NCBI GenBank assembly: GCA_035505915.1
Contig: DATJQI010000057.1
Coordinates: 11,774 to 75,773, forward strand
Reading direction: 5' to 3'
Origin: Gemmatimonadales bacterium
Lineage (GTDB): Bacteria > Gemmatimonadota > Gemmatimonadetes > Gemmatimonadales > GWC2-71-9
Length of the DNA stretch: 64,000 nt
The position numbers and the translations under genes were made by a program. Below are positions 8,771-16,162 of this stretch, piece after piece; the first letter of the stretch is position 1, and each line of letters starts with the position of its first letter. Under the pieces are notes generated by a model. That model saw only the letters and a list, made by a program, of their open reading frames with translations, was not told the origin of the DNA and ran no database searches.

Positions 8771-9392
8771 GCTCCCGCAGCCGGTCCCGCGCCTCCGCCT
8801 CGTACCGCGTGCCCTTGTAGCGGTCGGCGAAACGCGCGAGCTCGATCTTCAGCCGGTCCTTCCGCCCCGAGCGCTCGTAGAGCCCGATCAGCCCCTGGAA
8901 GGCGGCCAGCTCCCGCCGCTCGTCGGGTTTCGCGCGGCGCACTTCGAGGTACAGCTGCTCCGCCTCCCCGTCCGCTTTCAGGTGCTTCTCCAGGAGCTCC
9001 GCCAGCCGCAGGCGCGCCTCGTAATCTTCGGGGTGCACGCGGATGTAGTCGCGGTAATACGCGGCGGCCTCCGCGTACTGTCCCCGCACCAGCAGCACTT
9101 CCTGGCGGGCGTAGGTGGGTGACGGGGGGGGCACCTCGGAGCCGCCGCCGACCGCGTCGAGGGACATCCGGCTCGTAAGCCCGTGGAGGATTTTCGTGAT
9201 GAGCACCACCACCGGCACGTCGAGCACGAGCAGTCCGATGAGCACCCATCGCGGCAGCAGCTCCCGGTACGACAGCAGCAGCTCGATACCCACGAGGACC
9301 ACCAGCACCGTGGGACCGATCACGAGGAGTGCGCGCAGGAAGTACGCCTGATCGACCGAGTCGATCTCGGCGGGACCGTCGCGACGCGCCAT
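8757..9392 (-). CDS. Membrane-anchored TPR-like protein, paralog 1
   Basis: Two N-terminal TM helices and a C-terminal helical-repeat region (GQYAEAAAYYRDYIRVHPEDYEARLRLAELLEKH...). Roughly 60-65% identical to the adjacent gene over the C-terminal half by eye. Confidence 0.7.
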   Translation of the reverse strand: MARRDGPAEIDSVDQAYFLRALLVIGPTVLVVLVGIELLLSYRELLPRWVLIGLLVLDVPVVVLITKILHGLTSRMSLDAVGGGSEVPPPSPTYARQEVLLVRGQYAEAAAYYRDYIRVHPEDYEARLRLAELLEKHLKADGEAEQLYLEVRRAKPDERRELAAFQGLIGLYERSGRKDRLKIELARFADRYKGTRYEAEARDRLRELTSE

Positions 9393-9398
9393 CAGCGG

Positions 9399-10052
9399 TC
9401 AGCCATCGGCTTTCAGCCCCCGCAGCCGTTCGAGCGCTCCCGTCGCCTGCCGGCTGCCGGGATACCGGTCCGCGAATCGGGCGAGCTCGACCTTGAGCCG
9501 GTCGGTCCGCCCGGTCCGGGCGTACAAATCGATGAGGCCGTTGAAGGCCGCCATCTCCCGCCGTTCATCCGGCCGGCCCCGCCGCACCTCGAGGTACAGC
9601 CGTTCCGCCTCCGCGTCGTCGTGCAGGTGCTTCTCGATCAGCGCCGCCAGACGCAATCGCGCCTCGAGGTCCTCGGGATGCACGCGGATGTGGTCCCGGT
9701 AATAGTCGGCGGCCTCGGCGTACTTGCCCTGGGTCACCAGCACGTCCTGCCGCACGTACGCCGGCGGCGGCGGCGGCAGGTTCCCGCTCGCGGAGAACGT
9801 GGCGACGAATCGCTCGGCAAGGCCCCCGGATCCGGCGTGCACCAGCTTGACGGCCCCGTAGGTGACCGGGGCGTCGAGCACCAGGAGGATGGGCAGCGAC
9901 CATCCCGGGAGCACCCCTCGCTCGACGAAGAATCCTTCGATGGCGGCCAGGATGATGAAGACCGCCGGCCCCATCCAGAGCAGGGCCTTGACGAAGTAGG
10001 CCTGGTCGGCTGAATCGACGTCGCTGAGGGGACGCGCTTCCCGGGACGTCAT
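9399..10052 (-). CDS. Membrane-anchored TPR-like protein, paralog 2
   Basis: ATG at 10052 in an ATGA overlap with the nitrilase stop. Same architecture as 8757-9392 (GKYAEAADYYRDHIRVHPEDLEARLRLAALIEKH...). Confidence 0.7.
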   Translation of the reverse strand: MTSREARPLSDVDSADQAYFVKALLWMGPAVFIILAAIEGFFVERGVLPGWSLPILLVLDAPVTYGAVKLVHAGSGGLAERFVATFSASGNLPPPPPAYVRQDVLVTQGKYAEAADYYRDHIRVHPEDLEARLRLAALIEKHLHDDAEAERLYLEVRRGRPDERREMAAFNGLIDLYARTGRTDRLKVELARFADRYPGSRQATGALERLRGLKADG

Positions 10053-10975
10053 ACCGCGGGATGACGGACGCGGAACTCGAAGACGTCGGGACGGCTGTAA
10101 TGCCCGCTCACGTCCAGGGTGAGCGACTCCCGGGTGATCTCTCCGAGATCGCAGTCGGCCACGAGCAGGGCCTCCTCGTCCCACACCGGACCGGCCAGGA
10201 GGCGGCCGTTCGGCGCGATGATCACCGACCCGCCGCGGACCAGGAAGTCGTCGGGCTGGGACTTCTCGGGGCGGGGCGGCAGCTCGGGGGGGAGATCCCG
10301 GACCCGCAGGAGACTCCCGACCGCGAGCACGAAGCAGCGCCCCTCGAAGGCGTAGGCGCGCGACGCGACCTGGTGCATGTCCTGGACCGCGGGCCACCCG
10401 GCGACGTGGATCTCCTCGCCGGCATCGTGCATCGCCTGGCGCGCCAGCGGCATCCAGTGCTCCCAGCAGACCAGTCCCCCGACCCGCGCCCCCGCCAGCT
10501 CCACGGCCTTCAGGTCGTCGCCCGCGCCCAGTCCCCAGACCAGCCGCTCATGGTACGTCGGCATCAGTTTCCGGTGACGGTGCGCGAGCGTCCCGTCGGG
10601 ACCGAAGTGCAGCTGCGCGTTGTAGAGGGTCCGGCCGGCCCGCTCGTGCACGCCGACCACCAGCGCGAGCGAAAGCTCCTTCGCCAACGCGCCGATGCGG
10701 CGCGTGGCGGAACCGCCCACCTCCACGGCGTTGGTCACCAGTCGTTCCCACACGGCCTTGGCTCCGGCGTTCCCCCACAGCGCCGCCCCCGGCGACTCGT
10801 CGAGCCAGGCGGGGTACCCGGTGAGCCAGGTCTCGCCGAACGCGGCGATGCGGGCGCCCTCCGCGGCGGCCCGCCGGGCCCACTGCTCGAGCCGGTCCAG
10901 GGAGGCCTCGAGATCGAGGAGCGCCGGGGCGGCCTGCACGGCGGCGACCCGGATGGTTCGGGATGGCACGGTCAC
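10049..10975 (-). CDS. Nitrilase / carbon-nitrogen hydrolase family protein
   Basis: Glu-Lys-Cys triad contexts are present: AFGETW, HRKLMPT, LVCWEHW. 308 aa with no signal peptide. Confidence 0.88.
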   Translation of the reverse strand: MTVPSRTIRVAAVQAAPALLDLEASLDRLEQWARRAAAEGARIAAFGETWLTGYPAWLDESPGAALWGNAGAKAVWERLVTNAVEVGGSATRRIGALAKELSLALVVGVHERAGRTLYNAQLHFGPDGTLAHRHRKLMPTYHERLVWGLGAGDDLKAVELAGARVGGLVCWEHWMPLARQAMHDAGEEIHVAGWPAVQDMHQVASRAYAFEGRCFVLAVGSLLRVRDLPPELPPRPEKSQPDDFLVRGGSVIIAPNGRLLAGPVWDEEALLVADCDLGEITRESLTLDVSGHYSRPDVFEFRVRHPAV

Positions 10976-11041
10976 GCCCGCAGATTGCCCCGGAAACGCG
11001 GGGGCCGCAAGTTCCGTAGGGGAGTCATCAAGGAGGAGTGC

Positions 11042-11290
11042 ATGATCGGGCTACTGGTGGTTGTGGGGGCGCTCGGCGGCGGGTTCCTCGGCGCCCGGCG
11101 GTTTGTGCGGCGGCGCCTCCGGTTCGTGGACGCGGTTCAGAGTCCGGCGGCCCCCATCGTCGCGGGCGTCGCCGCGACGGCGGTCGCGCTGCCGGTCACC
11201 ATCCTGCCCGTGATCACCGGCCTCGCGGCGCTGGCGTTCGGCGTCGGTGTCGGCACCGGAGTGGCGTCGGGGCGCAAGCCGCCGTCCTGA
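11042..11290 (+). CDS. Small membrane protein (82 aa)
   Basis: Strong SD AAGGAGGAG 6 nt upstream of the ATG. Two to three hydrophobic segments flank an Arg-rich loop (ARRFVRRRLRF). Confidence 0.6.
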   Translation: MIGLLVVVGALGGGFLGARRFVRRRLRFVDAVQSPAAPIVAGVAATAVALPVTILPVITGLAALAFGVGVGTGVASGRKPPS

Positions 11291-11378
11291 TTTCTGAAGC
11301 CGGGTCTCTTTCCGGAACGCGGGGGTCGTTGCAGATTGAGGCGAGGTTCGCCCCCACCACTTTCGGAGAGGTCCGCCA

Positions 11379-11819
11379 ATGCTTCGGACGACCGCCGTAG
11401 TCGTTCTCGGTGCCGTGCTGCTGGCACCGATCGCCGCCGCGCAAAGCCGCTGGGAAGATCAGGTCAACGATCAGATCAAGCGCGCCGGCCGCATCCTCGA
11501 AGACAAAGGCTTCTCACGGACGCACGACCCCTACACCGGGTCGCTGCGCGAGGGCGAGAACGAGTACCTCTCGCTGACCCTCCACGCCGGCGAGCACTAC
11601 GCCCTCCTGGGCGTGTGCGACAATGATTGCAGCGACATCGATTTCCGTCTGTACGACGCCGACGACAACGAGGTCGCGTCCGACGTCCAGACCGACGACG
11701 TGCCGATCGTCCAGGTGACGCCCAGCGAGACCCAGCGCTACCGTCTCAAGGTGATCATGGTGTCGTGCAAGACGTCGCCCTGCTTCTACGGGGTCGGCGT
11801 GTTCGGCAAGGACGAGTAG
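11379..11819 (+). CDS. Secreted hypothetical protein (146 aa, 4 Cys)
   Basis: SD GGAGAGG upstream. Signal peptide MLRTTAVVVLGAVLLAPIAAAQ. The mature part is acidic and looks like a beta-sandwich. No confident family assignment. Confidence 0.6.
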   Translation: MLRTTAVVVLGAVLLAPIAAAQSRWEDQVNDQIKRAGRILEDKGFSRTHDPYTGSLREGENEYLSLTLHAGEHYALLGVCDNDCSDIDFRLYDADDNEVASDVQTDDVPIVQVTPSETQRYRLKVIMVSCKTSPCFYGVGVFGKDE

Positions 11820-11820
11820 C

Positions 11821-12270
11821 TCAGGGGGCGAACGGCCCGCGGACGTTCGCGGGCTGAAACGCCACCACCTCGGGCGAGGCGACCCCCGCCCGGACGTAGG
11901 GATCCTCCGCCAGCACCTGCTCCAGTGTCTCCCGGTCGGGCGCCGTCGCCACCAGGACGCCGCCCACCGGGGGTGAGCGCCGCGCCCACGCGACCACGAT
12001 ACCCCGCCCCGCCGCCCGTTCCAAATGGGAAACGTGCTCCGCACGGACCGCGTCCACGTCCGGGAGTGGACGCGTGTAGTTCATCAGCACCACGAAGAGC
12101 ATCGTCACCTCGTAGCCGGGGCAGGACCGTACCGGCAGCGGCGGGTAGCGTGTGAACCGGGCATCCTCCTCGGCCCGCCCGCACCGGTAGAAGGTCGAGC
12201 CCCGGCGGGTCGTGCTCGGACGGGTCCACCGGCAGGTCAGGCACAGCCCAACCGTGTCCTGAGGCGCCAT
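11821..12270 (-). CDS. YciI-like domain protein with Cys-rich N-terminal extension
   Basis: The C-terminal roughly 90 aa (MLFVVLMNYTRPL...DPYVRAGVASPEVVAF) look YciI/DGPF-like. The N-terminal roughly 56 aa carry CxxC...C...C (LCLTCRW...FYRCGRA...RSCPGYE). Confidence 0.6.
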   Translation of the reverse strand: MAPQDTVGLCLTCRWTRPSTTRRGSTFYRCGRAEEDARFTRYPPLPVRSCPGYEVTMLFVVLMNYTRPLPDVDAVRAEHVSHLERAAGRGIVVAWARRSPPVGGVLVATAPDRETLEQVLAEDPYVRAGVASPEVVAFQPANVRGPFAP

Positions 12271-12340
12271 CGGGGGAATATCGGCGTGCGGCGGGGCCCG
12301 TCGCTATGGCGCCTCCGCACCGGCTCCGCAGATTTGGGGT

Positions 12341-13096
12341 ATGCCGCCCCCCGACGCAGGCGTTCCCCCGGAGCTGCTCGCCGAATACCGGCGGGCGGTG
12401 GCGCTCCAGGTGAAGGCCCTGGAGGCCTGCGCCGGCCGCCTGGACCGGAACCCGTCCGATCGGGATGCCCTGGCGGAGTTCCGGCGGGAGGTCCACAAGG
12501 TGCGCGGGTCGGCCGGATCGTACGGCTTCCCGGAGGCGTCGGAGCTGGCGGCGGGAATGGAGGAGACGGCCAAGGACTGGCTGGGCCACGCGGAGGAAGT
12601 GCGGATGGACCGTGGCGGCATGGCCCGCTGGTTCGCGCACCGGCTCGCCGAATTCATCGAGCCCGACCGGAAAGTCGACGCGGCGGCGCCCGCGCGCCGG
12701 GCCACCGCCGCGACCAGCACCGTGCCTGAAGTCATCTGCGTCGAGGACGACCACTCCCTGGCCGAGCTGCTCGCGTACGGTCTCGAAAGCCGGGGGTACC
12801 GGTACGCGACGTACCAGAACGGCGCCGAGGCGCTCGAGGCGCTGCTGGCCCTCGACACCGCGGGCCGCCGCCCCCTCATCCTCCTGGACGTGGACCTCCC
12901 CGGCCTCGACGGCTTCTCCTTGTTCCAGCGCCTCGAGCGGGAACGTCCCGGGGCGTACCGCGTGGTGTTCACGAGCGTCCACAGCCAGGAGGACGAGCAG
13001 ATGCGGGCCCTCGAAGCGGGAGCGCTCGATTATCTCGTGAAGCCGATCAGTCTCCGGGTGATGCTCGAGAAGATCCGCCGCTGGACCGGTAGGTGA
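12341..13096 (+). CDS. Hpt domain fused to response-regulator receiver domain (no output domain)
   Basis: Hpt signature EVHKVRGSAGSYGF. The receiver has EDD, the phospho-acceptor context LLDVDLPGLDG, T in VFTS and K in YLVKP. Confidence 0.8.
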   Translation: MPPPDAGVPPELLAEYRRAVALQVKALEACAGRLDRNPSDRDALAEFRREVHKVRGSAGSYGFPEASELAAGMEETAKDWLGHAEEVRMDRGGMARWFAHRLAEFIEPDRKVDAAAPARRATAATSTVPEVICVEDDHSLAELLAYGLESRGYRYATYQNGAEALEALLALDTAGRRPLILLDVDLPGLDGFSLFQRLERERPGAYRVVFTSVHSQEDEQMRALEAGALDYLVKPISLRVMLEKIRRWTGR

Positions 13097-14154
13097 GCGC
13101 CCGCCATCTGGTGCTGGTGGCGACGCTGGTCCAGGGCACCTTCGTCGCCGCCCTCCTTTTGTTGATCCTGGTCAACCGCTGGTACCGGACCTTCCGGCGC
13201 GGCCGCCTGCAATCCCGCCGCGACGACGTGGAGCGCGCGTTCCAGCGCTGGGCCGCGGGCGACGCCGGGGTCGAGACGGTGTCGCAGGCGGTCGTGGCGC
13301 TGCCGGCCGGGATCGCCGTCGAGCGCCTGGCGGCGTGGAGCTCCCGCGTCCCCATCGACCGCTGGCCGGCGCTGACCGTGGCACTCGGCCAGGCCCCCTG
13401 GGGCGCGCGCCTGCGCCGGGGCGCCCGCGCCCGGCGCTGGTGGAAGCGACTGGAGGCCGCCCGGTTTCTCGCCGCCGCGGGGATCCAGTCGGACATCCCC
13501 ACGCTGGCGCTCTTGATCGCGGACCCTCATCCCGCCGTCCACCTCGCCGCCGTCTCGGCGCTCAATCACCTCGACTCTCCGGACCTCGCGGCCGCGGTGA
13601 TCGATCAACTTCCCACCTTGCCGGTCCACGTGGGCGCATTCTATGCCGCGACCTTGCGGCGCGCGCGAAGCGTCGCCATCCCGCTGCTGCAGGAGCGCCT
13701 CACCCGGGTCGACGATCCCGCCCTGGCCCGCGTCGCCGAATACGCGGCGCGTCTGCAGGAGCCCGCCCTGCGTCCACGCTTCACGGCCCTCGCCAGGCAC
13801 CCGAACCGCGAAGTCCGCGCCCAGGCCGCCCGCGCGCTCGGCTCCCTGCCGCACGCGGAGTCCCAGACCGCCCTGCTCGCGCTGCTCGCGGACGAGGCGT
13901 GGGTGGTGCGCGCACAGGCCGCCCGGGGCCTGGGGCTCCTCGCGAATCCGTCGTCCGTGCCGGCCCTGCGCCGGGCCCTCCGCGATTCCGAGTGGTGGGT
14001 GCGCCTGCGCGCCGCCCTGGCCCTCACCCGGTTCGGCGGCGCGGGCCGGGACGCCCTCCTGCAGGAAGAGCGCGGCCCCGACGCGGGCGCCCGCAGCGTC
14101 ACCGAGCTGGTCCTCGGTCTCTCGCCCCAGGCGTTGGCGGAGTACGCGACGTGA
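13093..14154 (+). CDS. HEAT-repeat protein with single N-terminal TM helix
   Basis: GTG start in a GTGA overlap. TM segment LVLVATLVQGTFVAALLLLILV. Repeated HEAT-like units (AVHLAAVSAL, EVRAQAARALG, WVVRAQAARGLG, WWVRLRAALAL). Confidence 0.72.
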   Translation: MSARHLVLVATLVQGTFVAALLLLILVNRWYRTFRRGRLQSRRDDVERAFQRWAAGDAGVETVSQAVVALPAGIAVERLAAWSSRVPIDRWPALTVALGQAPWGARLRRGARARRWWKRLEAARFLAAAGIQSDIPTLALLIADPHPAVHLAAVSALNHLDSPDLAAAVIDQLPTLPVHVGAFYAATLRRARSVAIPLLQERLTRVDDPALARVAEYAARLQEPALRPRFTALARHPNREVRAQAARALGSLPHAESQTALLALLADEAWVVRAQAARGLGLLANPSSVPALRRALRDSEWWVRLRAALALTRFGGAGRDALLQEERGPDAGARSVTELVLGLSPQALAEYAT

Positions 14155-15605
14155 CCATCCTCATCCACGGCTCGGAAGGCCTGATTCTGCTGTACTTCCT
14201 CGCCCTGAACTCGTTCTACGGGCTCCTGCTCCTGATGTCGATCCCGGAGATCTGGGAGCAGACCCGCCTGGCCGAGGACGAAGACCTCCAGAAGCTGATG
14301 CTGTCGGACGCGCTCCCGCCTTTGACCATCATGGTGCCGGCGCACAACGAGGGCGCCACCATCCAGTCGAGCGTCACCGCCATGCTGACGCTCGAGTACC
14401 GGCAGTACGAAGTCGTGGTGGTGAACGACGGCTCGAAGGACGACACGATGGACCGCCTGCGGGAGGCATTCGATCTCTACGAAGTCCCCCGCATCTACCC
14501 CGAGACGATCATCACCAAGCCCATCCGGGCGGTGTACCGCTCCCGCACCCGGACCCGGCTCACGGTGATCGACAAGGACAACGGCGGGAAGGCCGACGCC
14601 CTGAACGCCGCGATCAACGCCTCGCGCTACCCGCTGGTGATCGCGGTGGACGCGGACACGCTGATCGAGCCCGACGCGCTCCTCCGGCTCACCCGGCCCT
14701 TTCTCCTGGGGGGCAACGTCGCCGCGGTCGGGGGCACCATCCGGGTCGCCAACGACTGCCGCGTCGAGCACGGGCGCGTGCTCGACCCGCGAGTCCCGCG
14801 TCACATGCTGCCGGGCGTCCAGGTGGTCGAGTACCTCCGCGCGTTTCTCTTCGGCCGGCTGGGGTGGAACCGCCTGGGCGGCAACCTCATCATCTCGGGC
14901 GCGTTCGGGCTGTTCCGGCGCGAGTACCTCCTGACCATCGGCGGCTACCTGACCAACAGCGTGGTGGAGGACATGGACGTGGTGGTCCGGCTCCACCGGC
15001 ACCTGCGGGAGAAGAAGATCCCGTACGTGATGCCGTTCATCCCCGATCCGGTGGCCTGGACCGAAGTTCCCGCGACGATGGCGGTCCTCGGACGGCAGCG
15101 CGAACGGTGGCACCGGGGGCTCATCGCCTCCCTCTGGACGTACAAGGACATGCTCTTCAACCCCCGGTATGGGCCGATCGGCCTGGTGGCCGTGCCCTTC
15201 TTCTTCTTCGGGGAGATGCTCGCCCCGGTGGTGGAGCTGGTGGGGTACGTCATCGCCATCCTGGCCATCTACACGGGCCGCGTCGACTTCACCTTCGCCG
15301 CGCTGTTCTTCCTCTTCGCCTGGGGCCTGGGCCTCTGCCTTTCGATCTGGGGAGTGGTGCTGGAGGAGACGAGCTTCCGGAAGTACCGGCGCGCCGGGGA
15401 CCTCTCCCGGCTCCTCCTGTTCGCGGCCCTCGAGAACTTCGGGTACCGCCAGTGCACGGTGTGGTGGCGGCTCAAGGCCTTCTGGGCCGCGTGGCGGAAG
15501 CGGAAGACCTGGGGCGAGATGACGCGGACCGGGTTCGGCGGGCCCCCGCGCCAGTCCCGGCTCTACGCCCAGTCCCCCAGCGGGATGTGGCAGAAGATCG
15601 AGTAG
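14151..15605 (+). CDS. Processive family-2 glycosyltransferase (PgaC/IcaA/cellulose-synthase-like polysaccharide synthase)
   Basis: GTG start in a GTGA overlap. Motifs NDGSKDD, VDADT, VEDMD and QRERWHRG (QxxRW). One N-terminal TM helix and at least 3 C-terminal TM helices. Confidence 0.85.
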   Translation: MTILIHGSEGLILLYFLALNSFYGLLLLMSIPEIWEQTRLAEDEDLQKLMLSDALPPLTIMVPAHNEGATIQSSVTAMLTLEYRQYEVVVVNDGSKDDTMDRLREAFDLYEVPRIYPETIITKPIRAVYRSRTRTRLTVIDKDNGGKADALNAAINASRYPLVIAVDADTLIEPDALLRLTRPFLLGGNVAAVGGTIRVANDCRVEHGRVLDPRVPRHMLPGVQVVEYLRAFLFGRLGWNRLGGNLIISGAFGLFRREYLLTIGGYLTNSVVEDMDVVVRLHRHLREKKIPYVMPFIPDPVAWTEVPATMAVLGRQRERWHRGLIASLWTYKDMLFNPRYGPIGLVAVPFFFFGEMLAPVVELVGYVIAILAIYTGRVDFTFAALFFLFAWGLGLCLSIWGVVLEETSFRKYRRAGDLSRLLLFAALENFGYRQCTVWWRLKAFWAAWRKRKTWGEMTRTGFGGPPRQSRLYAQSPSGMWQKIE

Positions 15606-15640
15606 CCCGCCGGGCCCTTTCATCGCCTACATTTGGTCTC

Positions 15641-16162
15641 ATGTCCGAGCCGAACACCCAGATTGCGCTGACGCTCAACGGTGAACCCGCGCAGGTCGCC
15701 TTCGCGCCGCACCAGACCCTGCTCGAGGTCCTGCGTGAGGACCTGGGACTCACCGGGACCAAGCACGGCTGCGAGCTCGGCGAATGCGGCACCTGCGCCG
15801 TGCTCGTGGACGGCGTGCCGGTCCTTTCCTGCCTGGTGCTCGGACTCACGTGCGCCGGCAAGTCCGTGAAAACGGTCGAGGGGATGGCCCAGGGCGCGCG
15901 GCTCCATCCGCTTCAGGAGGCCTTCGCGGACCTGGGCGCCGCGCAATGCGGCTACTGCACCCCGGCCATTCTGCTCGTGGCGGAGGCCCTCCTGGCCGCG
16001 AACCCCAGCCCGTCGCGGGACCAGATCAAGGAGCTCCTGGCGGGTAACCTCTGCCGCTGCACCGGATACATCAAGATCTACGAGGCCGTCGAGCTGGCGG
16101 CGGCCCGGATGCGCGGCGAGAAAGCCGAGCCGTCCCGGGAAGCGATGTATGGCCGCCGATAA
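15641..16162 (+). CDS. [2Fe-2S]-binding small subunit of a xanthine-dehydrogenase-family molybdoenzyme
   Basis: CELGECGTCAV (plant-type cluster) and CGYCTP...CRCTGY (second cluster). Confidence 0.92.
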   Translation: MSEPNTQIALTLNGEPAQVAFAPHQTLLEVLREDLGLTGTKHGCELGECGTCAVLVDGVPVLSCLVLGLTCAGKSVKTVEGMAQGARLHPLQEAFADLGAAQCGYCTPAILLVAEALLAANPSPSRDQIKELLAGNLCRCTGYIKIYEAVELAAARMRGEKAEPSREAMYGRR

